From: Myxococcota bacterium
GTDB taxonomy: Bacteria; Myxococcota_A; SURF-8
NCBI GenBank assembly: GCA_963674735.2
Contig: CAXXQS010000002.1
Location: 2,176,001 to 2,240,000 of the forward strand
Direction of reading: 5' to 3'
DNA length: 64,000 nucleotides
A model generated the notes under the pieces. That model made no database searches and was not told where the DNA came from. It worked only from the letters and a program-made list of their open reading frames with translations. The translations under genes and the position numbers were made by a program. Shown in pieces: positions 20,801 to 29,936 of this stretch. Positions within the stretch are counted from its first letter, which is position 1, and the number at the start of each line of letters is the position of its first letter.

Positions 20801-23526
20801 GCGGTGACACCTGCGAGACCTGTTCGGCTCCTACGGGCGGGAGCGCGGCTTGCGTCAACGGCGAATGCGTGTCCTCCTGTTCATCGGGCACGCATTTGTG
20901 TGGTGATACCTGTTACAGCGACAGTGATGCGGATCACTGCGGTTCCGCCTGTGTGGATTGTGTGGCGCCGGCGGGCGGTACGGCGGCGTGTCTTAACGGC
21001 TCGTGCGTGGAACAATGTCCCAGCGGAACGCATCAGTGCGGCGATACCTGCTACAGCGACAGCGATCCGGATTACTGTGGTTCCGCCTGTGTGGATTGCG
21101 TGGCGCCGACGGGCGGCACGGCGGCGTGTCTAAACGGTTTGTGCGTGGAACAGTGTCCCAGTGGAACGCATCAGTGTGGCGATACCTGCTACAGCGATAG
21201 CGACTCGGATCATTGCGGTTCCACCTGTGTAGACTGTGTGGCTCCGACTGGCGGCACGGCGGCTTGTCAAAACGGACTGTGCGTGGAACAGTGCCCCAGC
21301 GGAACGCATCAGTGCGGCGATACCTGTTACAGCAATAGTGATGCCGATCACTGTGGAGCGAGTTGCCTCGACTGCGAGCCTCCGGTGGACGGCTTGGCGA
21401 CCTGCCTCAACGGTCTTTGTGGTCAGGCCTGCAACCCTGGTCAGCATTTGTGCGACATCGGCGGCGGAGATACCCAATGCTTCCTCAACACCGACGGTAG
21501 TCACTGCGGTCCGGACTGCGAGGATTGTCCCGACCCGGGTGGCAGCGGCTATGCCAGTTGTGTGAACGATGCCTGCACCCAGGTTTGCAATCCGGGCAGC
21601 CACTTGTGCGAGCCCGATGGAACCGATTGCTGGCCGGATAACGACGAGAGCCACTGCGGCGACAGCTGCACCGATTGTCCCGATCCGGTGAACGGCAGCG
21701 GTGTGTGCAATAACGATGTCTGCGACTTCACTTGCGATCCCTATTACAGCCGCAATCCGTCGCAAGGAACCTGTGAACCGAACAACAGCGATGACTGTTG
21801 CGGGCTCAATTGCTCGGACTGCCAGCCGGCTGGACCGCATACGGCCGGTCTTTGCATCGATACCGGCGATCCGATCAATCCCTTCCAGTGCTCCTATACT
21901 TGTGAGAGCGGCTGGGTGGATTACAACGATGACTTTACCGATGGTTGCGAATGTGAATTCGTCGACGATCTCGATCCGATCGGAACGGGTGGCGACGAAA
22001 ACTGCGATGGCGTGGACGGCATCATGGATGAAGCCGTGTATGTTTCGAAAGATGGTAATGACATCAATGATGGTAGCTATCTCTATCCGGTGGCCACCAT
22101 CGGCCAGGGTATCAACCGAGCGATCTCGCGCGGTCTCGACTACGTGCTGATCACCGGTGAGCGTTATTACGAAAATGTGGTGTTGGTGGAAGGTATCAGC
22201 CTTCTGGGTGGTTACTCCATCACCTTCCGCAACCGCAACATTTTGACCAACCGCACGACGATCCAAGGCCAGGCCCCGAATTACGGGTCCGGTATCTATG
22301 GTGCGGTGACGGCCATCGGGATCAACTCCATCGACACCGAGTTTTCCGGGTTCGAGGTGGTGGGCAGAGATGCCGCAGGCAGTTCCGAAAGCACCTATGC
22401 CATGTATGTGCGTAACTGCAACGATTTCTTGAACATTTCGTTCAATACGCTGGTCGGTGCGGAAGGGTCCGACGGTTTGATCGGCTCAAATGGCGTCAAG
22501 GGTGCGGATGGAGTGAGCGGTTCCGATGGGAGTGCTGCGCGTCCGTCGAGTGGCAGTGCCCAGAGCTGCACTGGTTCGAATGCTGGTGGCGCAGCCGGAA
22601 CCAATGCGTCCTGCTCCACCGTCAACGGCGGTGCCGGAGCCTCGGCGATTTGTCCGGTCACTTATGATGTTCAGCAACCTTCGGGCCTTGCCGGTGGAAA
22701 CGGCGGCGGCTCGGGAGGATCGGGCGGCTATAGCAATCGCATTACCATCTGGCATTGCGGAACCTGCAACCCGCCCACCGCCGGACCGCGAGACGGCAAT
22801 CCGGGACTGGATGGCAGTCCAGGCTCCGATGGCTCGGCCGGAGCGGCTTGCAACAACCTCGGATCGGTCAATGGCTCTTGGTTGTGGAGCGTCGGAACGG
22901 CCGGAAACGGTGGTAACGGCACCCACGGTTCGGGTGGCGGTGGTGGTGGTGCCGGTGGCGGTGTTGATATTGCCAGCTCCTGCTATGGAAGCGCCGATAT
23001 CTTCGGTGGTTCGGGTGGCGGCGGCGGTGCCGGTGGTTGTCGCGGAACCCGTGGTTACAATGGCACAGCGGGCGGGAGTTCGTTTGCCATGCTGGTTATC
23101 TTCACGAGTACTCCTGGCGATTGGAGCGATCTGCCCGTGATTGAAAACAATAACTTCCAGGTGGGTCAGGGCGGCTCGGGTGGTAACGGTGGTGCAGCCG
23201 GAGCCGGTGGAACGGCCGGAGCCGGTGGTAAGAACGGAGCCGGTGGTGAGCCCGGTGAAGACGACTGGTGCGCGCCTCCGGGCGGCTCAGGCGGTACGGG
23301 TGGTCGCGGTGGCCATGGCGGCGGCGGCGGCGGCGGTTGCGGCGGTAACGCCTATGGCTTGTATGTCCACAATTACGGCGTCTACCAGCCTACCGGTTGG
23401 GTAAGCAACAACGATTTCGACCTGAGTTCCGGTTGGGCGGGCGACGGCGGCAGTGGCGGCTATAGTCCGGCCAACGATGGCCAGGATGGCTCTCTCGGCG
23501 TCTTCGCCGACACGAATATCCCGTAA
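14878..23526 (+). CDS. Giant (~2,880 aa) Cys-rich surface lipoprotein: 4-Cys modules, six Ig-like (ASH/choice-of-anchor D-like) domains, ~31 eight-Cys repeats, beta-helix-like/Gly-rich C-terminus
   Basis: GAGGAGGAG SD before ATG 14878; lipobox LILASC; six domains starting DFGAV/EFGQA/NFGLV/DFQDV/AFGDV/DFGEV; repeat array; DENCDGVDG then VYVSKDGND..DGS...PVATI and poly-Gly. Confidence 0.9.
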   Translation: MVSRTKMFRQDFLWVILSFLMTLILASCGDNGPIGGEFGDDDSNAGKTCDSADDCGDGYLCVDNRCVNIGDGDIDPDSKILCDNEEDCPLGFYCGDDGECHLKDTFSCTDGECPVGFTCIEDQCIETGETYPCATSDDCPPGSICRNGWCWGVPIDGDSDSSEDSDSDQSFGPQISVLDTIDFGAVPLNMRVVRTLQIVSVGTESLMVYSVILDGSSDDDYRILNAPSTTQELAPGDTLDIVIELIPEIPGRRVGKIIVTSNDVETNTVEVQLTSQYKGEANIVADPMEVEFGQAVLNGAAVRREVVIKNQPPDTESNRVLEIYSITLGTPANPNFTIELEASDFPIIIGPGDANAFTFSILFHPTTVDAHSEVAVIANSDPQEEDREIQVVLSGEGVVPQLEVTPIGTINFGLVSLESTESREIVLTNIGGAPLNIEDVRFYDPIDETFSLEADSAIGEELTSGGSAIVTVSYAPTDTVSNVTNLLIASNSYNSAERIIRVDGRGIESDIRAVPPYLDFQDVPVGASKDLSVSIRNEGDDALNVTAIQAEVELAEFTLVNVDDIPLHLEPGQASSLTFRYQPEDEGPDAGDLVLTVSLGSGSYELPVSGRGVMPHLIWEPTGQDVAFGDVIVGSSRTLQLTLRNTGLSDLEIFNVRMDPDPQNNFAVLPTDDAMVIPGGEYVLSLRYAPPFGATVGPETQHLTFNTNDVDFPEVVFNLSGAVVDPQLTLDPSDSPYDFGEVDVGTEKTVVFIVSNSGSGTLEIGGIGMPPSSEQNGYTLNVDPADFPVLLEPGSRATQYAFSITFSPPGYSVLNGEVTLFSNDSRHPDGYVLSLTGEGTGCGEGYHRCEVCEGQECEDLCVPDNSVESCGTRCESCPEPDFSQALCVWSEDEGQYACDFQCDPNYVPYEGVCKQAGQPDCCGDACLVCPDPPDNASTQCLDGECVFVCDNTWHLCADNQCYPDSDVTHCGEDCMSCQIPDNGETYCVEGACTPVCDSSHHFCEDGNCYADNDITHCGDECQTCAVPVGGQALCIEGLCVKECPEGQHLCNDNTCYDDDDTMHCGDACLVCRVPQDGEALCVGGECRPICNESYHACGDDCYPGDDPLHCGDNCDVCPVPTNGEAICQEGQCRRVCNENFHICDDGNCYSADDILHCGLDCEICDAPSNGYALCLGNACEQFCDMAHHVCEDGNCYRDTDITHCGDDCQVCAVPVNGRAFCVGGVCVQDCQVGFHMCDDGQCYANGDLDHCGPNCVKCDQPDNGYALCTDQGACAQLCNTEHHMCADGDCYPDTDVTHCGGGCVTCPVPAGGFSQCVSGFCERSCYAGDHICPQDQNCYPNNDVTHCGVDCEVCPKPQNGYSICDGQCNAFCNSGYHACDDGQCYRNDDLTHCGEDCEVCTAPTNGYALCVGDECQTFCNPSYHACDDGQCYPDSDTKHCGPDCVSCPLPQNGSAYCVDGECLEVCNPNYHQCTEHADWPDDYNCYRNDDTTHCGPICDTCPVPQNGTSSCVGDQCITNCNESYHTCDDGNCYRVDDITHCGPDCLSCDEPNNGYALCLNETCETYCDPGHHLCDDGNCYSNFDLTHCGDDCEVCETVPNGSTTCSNGECQLACLNGYHQCEDGDSTTCESNADATACGDDCLVCEVPQGGSATCVNGDCGTSCPTNTHLCGAVGSLACRGNDDAAACGETCEICPAPVDGTATCNNGLCGTACPENWHLCGNQCYPNTDADHCGATCETCPAPVDGSATCVNGLCGTTCPTNWHLCGNQCYPNTDADHCGDACTDCPPPTGGSATCVNGECGTACPANQHLCDNACYGNSDADHCGDTCTDCAVPNGGSAVCLNGECSKVCPSNQHLCDNTCYADNDADHCGDACLDCEAPVSGTVTCSNGDCSSQCPANYHLCESAGVEYCYPNDDIAHCGAGCLPCESPVDGSAVCLNGSCQMTCAASWHICHVGPAPNDFQCFPSSDANHCGDTCETCSAPTGGSAACVNGECVSSCSSGTHLCGDTCYSDSDADHCGSACVDCVAPAGGTAACLNGSCVEQCPSGTHQCGDTCYSDSDPDYCGSACVDCVAPTGGTAACLNGLCVEQCPSGTHQCGDTCYSDSDSDHCGSTCVDCVAPTGGTAACQNGLCVEQCPSGTHQCGDTCYSNSDADHCGASCLDCEPPVDGLATCLNGLCGQACNPGQHLCDIGGGDTQCFLNTDGSHCGPDCEDCPDPGGSGYASCVNDACTQVCNPGSHLCEPDGTDCWPDNDESHCGDSCTDCPDPVNGSGVCNNDVCDFTCDPYYSRNPSQGTCEPNNSDDCCGLNCSDCQPAGPHTAGLCIDTGDPINPFQCSYTCESGWVDYNDDFTDGCECEFVDDLDPIGTGGDENCDGVDGIMDEAVYVSKDGNDINDGSYLYPVATIGQGINRAISRGLDYVLITGERYYENVVLVEGISLLGGYSITFRNRNILTNRTTIQGQAPNYGSGIYGAVTAIGINSIDTEFSGFEVVGRDAAGSSESTYAMYVRNCNDFLNISFNTLVGAEGSDGLIGSNGVKGADGVSGSDGSAARPSSGSAQSCTGSNAGGAAGTNASCSTVNGGAGASAICPVTYDVQQPSGLAGGNGGGSGGSGGYSNRITIWHCGTCNPPTAGPRDGNPGLDGSPGSDGSAGAACNNLGSVNGSWLWSVGTAGNGGNGTHGSGGGGGGAGGGVDIASSCYGSADIFGGSGGGGGAGGCRGTRGYNGTAGGSSFAMLVIFTSTPGDWSDLPVIENNNFQVGQGGSGGNGGAAGAGGTAGAGGKNGAGGEPGEDDWCAPPGGSGGTGGRGGHGGGGGGGCGGNAYGLYVHNYGVYQPTGWVSNNDFDLSSGWAGDGGSGGYSPANDGQDGSLGVFADTNIP
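17401..21900 (+). repeat. Array of ~31 coding repeats (~46-47 aa, ~138-141 bp)
   Basis: Consensus C-x4-H-x-C-x3/4-CY-x3-D-x2-HCG-x2-C-x2-C-x2-P-x2-G-x-A-x-C-x2-G-x-C, counted by hand in the translation. Confidence 0.95.
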
Positions 23527-23543
23527 GGGGAAACGAAACCCAC

Positions 23544-23582
23544 GAAAGACGGCCGGGAGCTTGATGTCTCTCGGCCGTTTTC
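23544..23582. terminator. Probable bidirectional intrinsic terminator
   Basis: GAAAGACGGCCGGGAG...CTCTCGGCCGTTTTTC hairpin between convergent genes. Confidence 0.75.
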
Positions 23583-23731
23583 ATTATGAAATCATGATGA
23601 AATTCGGTGTAGATGTGAATTGCATCGTTAGTTGGGTGGCGTTCGCGGCTGCCGTGATCTTTTCGATCATCGGCTCCGACTGCTCGTCATTGGCAAGGCT
23701 TCGAAATAGGTGTGATTAAAGGACGGAACGA

Positions 23732-24844
23732 TCAATCATCCTTCAGAGTGGAATGAATTTCCTTGAAATCATCGATTGCGTCTTCGAAAACTGCGAAGAG
23801 ATCGGGATCGAAATGCTTACCGGCGCCATCACGCATGATGCTCATGGTTTTTTCAATCGAGAACTCCGGCTTATACGGTCGTTTTGAACGAAGTGCGTCG
23901 AACACGTCCGCGATGGCGGTCATGCGTGCTTCCAAAGGAGCTTCATCGCCTTTTAACCCCCGGGGATAGCCGCTGCCATCCCACTTTTCGTGGTGATTCA
24001 TGGCAATATCCGCGGCCATCTGAATGAATGGGTTTGGCTTGGCATCGGGATCCTGCTGCGATTCGATACCGAACCACTGGGTGTAGATCCGGATGCCTTT
24101 GGGGTTGCCTGTCATGATATTGGAGCCGATCGAACAGTGCTCCTCCATGACCGTGCGTTCCTCGGGAGTCAGTTTGCCGGGCTTGAGCAGGATGGTGTCG
24201 GAAATCCCGATTTTTCCGATATCATGCAGGGGGGCAGTCAGAAAAACCAGCTCGATGAATTGCTGGTCCAAATTGAGTTTTTCGGCCAGAGTTCGGCAAT
24301 ATGCTCCCACACGCACAACATGATTGCCGGTTTCTTCATCGCGGAATTCGCCCGCTTTCGCTAATCGCCAGATGATATCGATTCGCGATTCCGATAGCTG
24401 CAACGTCCGCTCGCGTACCCGCCGATCCAGCACTTCGTTCTGTTGTTTCAACTCATCCTGATACCGTTTCAGTTGCAGAGAACTGGCAAGACGGGCGAGC
24501 AAATCTTCTCGTTGGATCGGTTTATTGAGAAAATCGGTAGCCCCATATTCCAATGCTTGGTGTTTTAGCTCGTGCTCGGCATTACCGGTGAGAATGATGA
24601 AAGGAAGGCCTTTCAAATCGGGGTGTGCCTTGACTTCCTTCAGAAAATCCAAACCGTTTTTTCCGGGCATATTGTAATCGGAGATTACGACATCGATATC
24701 CTGCTCATGAAGCAGATCCATCGCTTCCTGGACATCATTTGCACAGAAAAGCTCCCAGTTTTTTCGGTCGTATAGCTGTCGGCGCATCCCGCTTAAGAAA
24801 TTCGGCTCATCATCGACGAACAGGAGTTTGAAGTGTTGATTCAT
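23732..24844 (-). CDS. Response regulator with HD-GYP c-di-GMP phosphodiesterase domain (RpfG-like)
   Basis: LFVDDE, VISDYNMPG, KP; ETGNHVVRV, LHDIGKIG, HHEKWDGSGYPRGL, ADVFDAL. Confidence 0.93.
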   Translation of the reverse strand: MNQHFKLLFVDDEPNFLSGMRRQLYDRKNWELFCANDVQEAMDLLHEQDIDVVISDYNMPGKNGLDFLKEVKAHPDLKGLPFIILTGNAEHELKHQALEYGATDFLNKPIQREDLLARLASSLQLKRYQDELKQQNEVLDRRVRERTLQLSESRIDIIWRLAKAGEFRDEETGNHVVRVGAYCRTLAEKLNLDQQFIELVFLTAPLHDIGKIGISDTILLKPGKLTPEERTVMEEHCSIGSNIMTGNPKGIRIYTQWFGIESQQDPDAKPNPFIQMAADIAMNHHEKWDGSGYPRGLKGDEAPLEARMTAIADVFDALRSKRPYKPEFSIEKTMSIMRDGAGKHFDPDLFAVFEDAIDDFKEIHSTLKDD

Positions 24845-27342
24845 GGACGCATCCCCTCATGCAAATTCTCAGTATATGTTTTAGAAATGGGAAGCCAAAT
24901 GATAAACGTCGTTCCGCTTCCGATTTCCGATTCGACCTGAATCGAACCGCCATGTTTTTCAACGATGACATTGTGGGAGATAGCCAACCCTTGGCCGCTT
25001 CCTTTGCCGACTTCTTTGGTCGTGAAAAAAGGATCGAAAATCTTGTCTCTGATGTCCTCTGGTATGCCGGTTCCGGTGTCGCTGATGTGCACTTCAATGC
25101 CGCCGTTTTGTTCCGAGGTTCGAATGCGAATGATCCCTCTTCCTTTCTTACCATTCTCTACGACATCTGAAATGGTATGGGCGGCGTTGACGATCAGGTT
25201 AAGGAAGACTTGATTTAACGGACCAACCAAACAGGGAACACGGGGAAGATTGCGGGCGAAGTCGGTTTCGATCGTCGCGACGTATTTCCATTCGTTGCGG
25301 CACACGGTGATGGTGCTGGCGATGGCCTGGTTCAGGTCCACCTCCGTTTTCTTTTCCGAACCGGGATGTGAAAATTCCTTCATGGCTCGAACGATTTCGG
25401 AGACTCGATCGAGCCCGTCGAGGCTTTGTTTGAGAGCCAGCGGTATTTCGGTTTCCAAAAAATCCAGATCGATTTCCGAAAGAAGCTGATTCAAGGTTTG
25501 AAAATCGGACCGAGTGTCGCGATTGTTTTTCGTATTCTCAACCAGCTGTTTAAGCGGCTTGAATAAGCGCACGAGATCGATGATCGCCGAGTGTACGAAG
25601 CTCGTATTGTCGCCCACATATTGAGTTGGAGTGTTGACTTCATGGGCGATGCCGGCCGCCAAACGTCCGATGGATTCAAGTTTTTGTGCTTGGCTGAGTT
25701 GCTTTTCGAGTTGCATCACCTGGGTAACGTCGCGTTTGACTGCCAGATAACTGACGAGCCGTCCGACTTCATCGCGGATAGGAGAAATGGTTTGTTCTTC
25801 CTCGTACAGGGTACCGTCTTTTCGTCGGTTGATGATGTGACCCGACCAGACGTTTCCGCGGCTGATGGTTTGCCATAGGTTTTGATAGAACGCATTGTCG
25901 TGGCGTCCGCTTTTCAGAAGGCTGAATTTATTTCCAATCACTTCGTTTTCTTGATAGCCGGTGATTTGTTCGAAAGCGGCATTGACGTATTCGATACGAC
26001 CTTTGGAATCGGTCATAACGATCATTTCCGCCAGCTGATCGATCGCCGTGGCGAAGCGCGCCAGCTCTTTTTCGACTCGCCGCCGTTCCTCGATATCACG
26101 GCGCAGGAGGTCGTTGGTCGTGTCCAGCTCCTGGGTGCGTTCGCGCACCAGTTCGTCCAGGCGATCCCACTGCTGTTTCAATTCTTGTTCGGCCTTGAAG
26201 CGTTCGGTTGTATCCTGTTTGACTGCAACAAAGTGGCTGATGGTGCCGTCGACATCGCGAACCGGTGTAATGGTCATGTCTTCGATGTACACGTACCCAT
26301 CTTTGTGGCGGTTTCTGATGAGTCCGCGCCAGACCCGGCCATCGAGGATCGTCTTCCACATGTCGATGTAAAAATCGGGATTGTGGTGACCGGATTTCAG
26401 TATCTTGGGATTGCGGCCTACAGCCTCTTCGAACGAATAGCCGGTGAGTTGGGAGAAGGCGGGATTGACCCAGCGGATCACCCCGTTGCGATCGGATATC
26501 ACGATGCCGTTGGCGGCGGCCTTGAGTGCGGCGAGTTGAAGATCGATCTGCTTTTTCACTTCCTGTTCTGTGGTCACGTCACGTGCGATGCACATCAGAC
26601 TTCCCGGACCGTTTCTTTTGGATCGGCGAATCAAGGTGCCTTTGATGAAAACTTCTTGGCCATTCCGATCGAGGAAAACGGATTGGGTGGCTTGCTGACG
26701 TATCCCGTCTTCGGGATCGAAGAGAAGCTTGCGGCAATGGGCTTCGAAACGTGGGCTGACAAAATCGAGGATGGAGCGTCCGAGCACTTCGTTTTTGGTA
26801 TAACCCAATTTGGTCAGCCATCGTGGATTGGCATAAGTCAGTCGGCCATCGGCACTCATGGTGTGAATCAGTTCCTCGGCCGCTTCCATATAGTCCTGCA
26901 ACTCCTGGGTACGGGAGTGCAGATTGCTTTCGGCCTGCCGTCGCTTGCGGATGGTGCGGATTCGGTCAAGACTCAGAATCAACCGCATACGCAATCGGTT
27001 GGTATTGACGGGTTTGAGACAAGCGTCGTTGATGCCCGCCTCGATCACGTTAGAGAAATCACCGTATTGTTCTAGGGCGGCCAAGGAAAATAGATAGAGA
27101 TCCTGCCCTCCGGCTACTTTTCTGGCATCTTGGCAGAACGAGTATACAGACTTGTCTTTGTAGTAATAATCTAAAATGAACATGTCCAGGGGATTGTCTG
27201 CGTGAGTGTCCAATGCGCTGGAGAAAGAATCGAATACCACACTTTGTATGTTGAGACCATCCAGCAAATTCTGCAAAGTGGAGAAATTCGTACTGATGAT
27301 TCCGGCGCGCAAGATATCCCGATTGTTGTCTGTGTAACTCAT
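24841..27342 (-). CDS. Multi-PAS sensor histidine kinase with degenerate N-terminal receiver
   Basis: Three PAS/PAC domains, [13 protein letters not shown]-box, [33 protein letters not shown]; 4-bp overlap with the regulator. Confidence 0.93.
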   Translation of the reverse strand: MSYTDNNRDILRAGIISTNFSTLQNLLDGLNIQSVVFDSFSSALDTHADNPLDMFILDYYYKDKSVYSFCQDARKVAGGQDLYLFSLAALEQYGDFSNVIEAGINDACLKPVNTNRLRMRLILSLDRIRTIRKRRQAESNLHSRTQELQDYMEAAEELIHTMSADGRLTYANPRWLTKLGYTKNEVLGRSILDFVSPRFEAHCRKLLFDPEDGIRQQATQSVFLDRNGQEVFIKGTLIRRSKRNGPGSLMCIARDVTTEQEVKKQIDLQLAALKAAANGIVISDRNGVIRWVNPAFSQLTGYSFEEAVGRNPKILKSGHHNPDFYIDMWKTILDGRVWRGLIRNRHKDGYVYIEDMTITPVRDVDGTISHFVAVKQDTTERFKAEQELKQQWDRLDELVRERTQELDTTNDLLRRDIEERRRVEKELARFATAIDQLAEMIVMTDSKGRIEYVNAAFEQITGYQENEVIGNKFSLLKSGRHDNAFYQNLWQTISRGNVWSGHIINRRKDGTLYEEEQTISPIRDEVGRLVSYLAVKRDVTQVMQLEKQLSQAQKLESIGRLAAGIAHEVNTPTQYVGDNTSFVHSAIIDLVRLFKPLKQLVENTKNNRDTRSDFQTLNQLLSEIDLDFLETEIPLALKQSLDGLDRVSEIVRAMKEFSHPGSEKKTEVDLNQAIASTITVCRNEWKYVATIETDFARNLPRVPCLVGPLNQVFLNLIVNAAHTISDVVENGKKGRGIIRIRTSEQNGGIEVHISDTGTGIPEDIRDKIFDPFFTTKEVGKGSGQGLAISHNVIVEKHGGSIQVESEIGSGTTFIIWLPISKTYTENLHEGMRP

Positions 27343-27606
27343 TGTGTTAACTCAGCTATTCAACGTGACCCGGTTTCATGTGTTTGAAATTATATCCACG
27401 TTGGAACGCCCGGAAGGAAAAAATGAAGTCTCAATCCGGGTTTGGAAGATACCGGGCAAATCTTATCTGTGGCGTTCCTTTCGGTTACCCTCTTGTATAT
27501 TCGGATGAATGGGGGGAAATCTGAAGGAAAAACAACTGTTGTCAGGACCGAGCGGCATTGGAAGTTCGGGTTGGATCAGGGTAAGGGTGATAATCGATTG
27601 ATGTAT

Positions 27607-29829
27607 TTAACCGACCGGCTGTAGGAAGCGTGCCACGATCTTTTTCATGGGCATGCCGGGAAATAAGACCGTACATTTGGCGTTGTCCCCGTTTCCCTCC
27701 ACCAAAGCGACTTTTCCCACCCCGTAGGAAGGATGGAAAACCTTGATGCCGGGTTGGATCGGGGAACGCAGGGTGCCGGTCTCGGCGTCATAGGTGGGTT
27801 CGTAGGAGATTTCGTTGTAGCTGTCGCCAAAATCGTTCGAACCAGGCTGAGTGTCGCCGCTGAAATGCATGTGCGACTGTTGGATGGGCTGAGAGGCGAA
27901 GGAGCGGTCGTCCAGGTGCTCAGGCTCGATATCACTTAAGAAACGGCTGGGAAGGGTCACGCGTGTCGAGCCGAAAATCATGCGCGAACGAGCCAAGGTC
28001 AGGAAAAGGCGCTCGCGGGCGCGCGTGATTCCCACATAAGCCAGTCGCCGTTCCTCCTCGATACCTTCTTCAGAGTCCATCGAACGGGAATGGGGAAAAA
28101 GCTGTTCTTCCATGCCGGTTACGAAAACGACTGGGAATTCAAGGCCTTTGGCCGAATGGACGGTCATCATGGCCACCCGGTCATTGGTGTCGACGAACCC
28201 GTCTATGTCGGAAACCAGGGCGGCGCGCTCCAGAAAAGCGGCCAAGGTGGCTTCTTCTCCGTTGGACCGAACGAACTCCGTGACTTCATTGACCAATTCG
28301 TTAAGGTTGGCGATACGGTCGCGAGCTTGCTCGCTGTCTTCACGATTGAGCATCTCCCAATATCCGGTTGCTTCGATAATGTCGGGTGTCAGCTCGTCGA
28401 GCGGCAGGGTGCGGGAGGCGTCTTGCAGATCGTCGATCAAAGCCATGAAATCCTGGATCTTTTTAGCCGGACCTTTGCCGAACAGTTTGGCTGCCAAAGA
28501 TGGTTTGATGGCTTCCCACAAGCTGAGGCTGTTTTCATGAGCGAAGCTGCGGATTTTACCGATGGATACGGTCCCAATGCCGCGTGCGGGGACATTGATG
28601 ATGCGCAGCAGGTTGACTTCGTCATCGGGGTTGTAGAGGAAGCGCAGGTAGGCCAGGATGTCTTTGATTTCCTTGCGTTCGTAGAATTTGAGACCGCCGA
28701 TGATGGTGTAGGGGACGCGAGTTTGCAGAAACTGCTGTTCGAGTGCACGTGATTGCGCGTTGGTGCGATAAAACACGGCAATATCGCGGTAATGCAGATT
28801 TTGACGGTGCAGACGGTCGATTTCGTCGGCTACGAACTGAGCCTCGCGATTTTCGGTTTCGGCGGCATAGACGACGACTTGCGATCCCGATTCCAGCTCG
28901 GTCCAGAGCTTTTTATCTTTGCGCTCGACATTGCGGCTGATGACGTTGTGCGCCACATTGAGAATCGTGGCGGTGGAACGATAATTCTGTTCCAGTTTGA
29001 TGACGCGCGTGTCGGGGTAATCATCCTCGAAATTTAGGATATTCGCGAGGTTGGCTCCCCGCCAGCGGTAGATGGATTGGTCGTCGTCACCCACCACGCA
29101 GATGTTCTGGTGATGGCGGGTTAAAAGGCGCAGCATGAGATATTGGGCTTTGTTGGTATCTTGGTATTCGTCCACCAGGATGTGTTTCCAGGTTTCGCTT
29201 TGCAGGGCGCACAGCTCTTCATCGGCTTGTAAAAGCTTGACCGTGAAAGCCAATAAGTCGTCGAAATCCAGCGAGTTCGCGTCTTTGAGGCGCGCTTGGT
29301 AAAGCTCGTAGATGCGAGCAACGGTATTGGCGAAGATGTTGTGGCCATCCACCGGCACCTGGGCCGGTTCGAGCAATTCCTGCTTGAACTGGCTGATTGT
29401 CCCCAAAACGGCTCTCGGGTTGAAACGGTCGGTTGCGATATTGAGGTCTTTCATGCAGTGACGCACGAGCGAGTGTTGGTCGTCGCTATCGTAGATGGTA
29501 AAGGTGGTTTTGTAGCCCAGAGCTTCAATGTGGGAACGTAGAAAGCGTGCGCAGACGGCGTGGAAGGTGCCGAGTTGCACCCCGGCGGAACGGTGACCTA
29601 AGATGTTTTCGACCCGTTCGCGCATCTCCTGGGCGGCTTTGTTGGTGAAGGTGACGGCCAGTACGTTGTATGGACGAACACCGAGTCGATCGAGTAGAAA
29701 GGCAATACGATGCGTAATGACTCGTGTTTTTCCGCTTCCCGCTCCGGCCAGAATAAGTAGTGGGCCCAAGCCGTGGGTGACGGCCTCGAACTGGGGCGGA
29801 TTGAGATTGTCGAGCAAGGGATCGGACAT
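27607..29829 (-). CDS. pcrA: ATP-dependent DNA helicase UvrD/PcrA
   Basis: AGAGSGKT, TFTNKAA, DEYQDTN, VGDDDQSIYRWRGA, LEQNYRS, HSAKGLEF, EEERRLAYVGITRA, C-terminal Tudor-like domain. Confidence 0.96.
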   Translation of the reverse strand: MSDPLLDNLNPPQFEAVTHGLGPLLILAGAGSGKTRVITHRIAFLLDRLGVRPYNVLAVTFTNKAAQEMRERVENILGHRSAGVQLGTFHAVCARFLRSHIEALGYKTTFTIYDSDDQHSLVRHCMKDLNIATDRFNPRAVLGTISQFKQELLEPAQVPVDGHNIFANTVARIYELYQARLKDANSLDFDDLLAFTVKLLQADEELCALQSETWKHILVDEYQDTNKAQYLMLRLLTRHHQNICVVGDDDQSIYRWRGANLANILNFEDDYPDTRVIKLEQNYRSTATILNVAHNVISRNVERKDKKLWTELESGSQVVVYAAETENREAQFVADEIDRLHRQNLHYRDIAVFYRTNAQSRALEQQFLQTRVPYTIIGGLKFYERKEIKDILAYLRFLYNPDDEVNLLRIINVPARGIGTVSIGKIRSFAHENSLSLWEAIKPSLAAKLFGKGPAKKIQDFMALIDDLQDASRTLPLDELTPDIIEATGYWEMLNREDSEQARDRIANLNELVNEVTEFVRSNGEEATLAAFLERAALVSDIDGFVDTNDRVAMMTVHSAKGLEFPVVFVTGMEEQLFPHSRSMDSEEGIEEERRLAYVGITRARERLFLTLARSRMIFGSTRVTLPSRFLSDIEPEHLDDRSFASQPIQQSHMHFSGDTQPGSNDFGDSYNEISYEPTYDAETGTLRSPIQPGIKVFHPSYGVGKVALVEGNGDNAKCTVLFPGMPMKKIVARFLQPVG

Positions 29830-29858
29830 GCCACCTCCATGAAGAAGAATGTGGCATG

Positions 29859-29887
29859 GTTGTAGCGGATGGCGGCCCGGGAGTCAA
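29859..29887 (-). promoter_or_regulatory. Sigma70-type promoter of uvrD/pcrA
   Basis: TTGACT-N17-TACAAC on the minus strand; GGAGG SD follows. Confidence 0.55.
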
Positions 29888-29936
29888 TGCCGGATTCGGG
29901 GTTTCCGTTTCTTTGCCTCCGCGAGCCGCCCGTTTT

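Noticed and set aside
17401-21900. Giant protein as a multiheme cytochrome (many CxxC and His, ccsA nearby)
   Set aside because: I found no CxxCH; the His precedes the Cys cluster (HCGxxCxxC), and the even Cys count fits disulfides
22500-23500. Gly-rich tail as mycobacterial PE-PGRS or collagen
   Set aside because: No PE domain and no sustained Gly-X-Y period; similarity is compositional only
23453-23719. 88-aa ORF after the giant gene
   Set aside because: It overlaps the gene end and runs through the terminator, with no SD or motif
29852-29866. Sigma54-like GG-N10-GC motif (TGGCATGGTTGTAGC)
   Set aside because: It is on the plus strand between two minus-strand genes and overlaps the uvrD -10 box; likely chance
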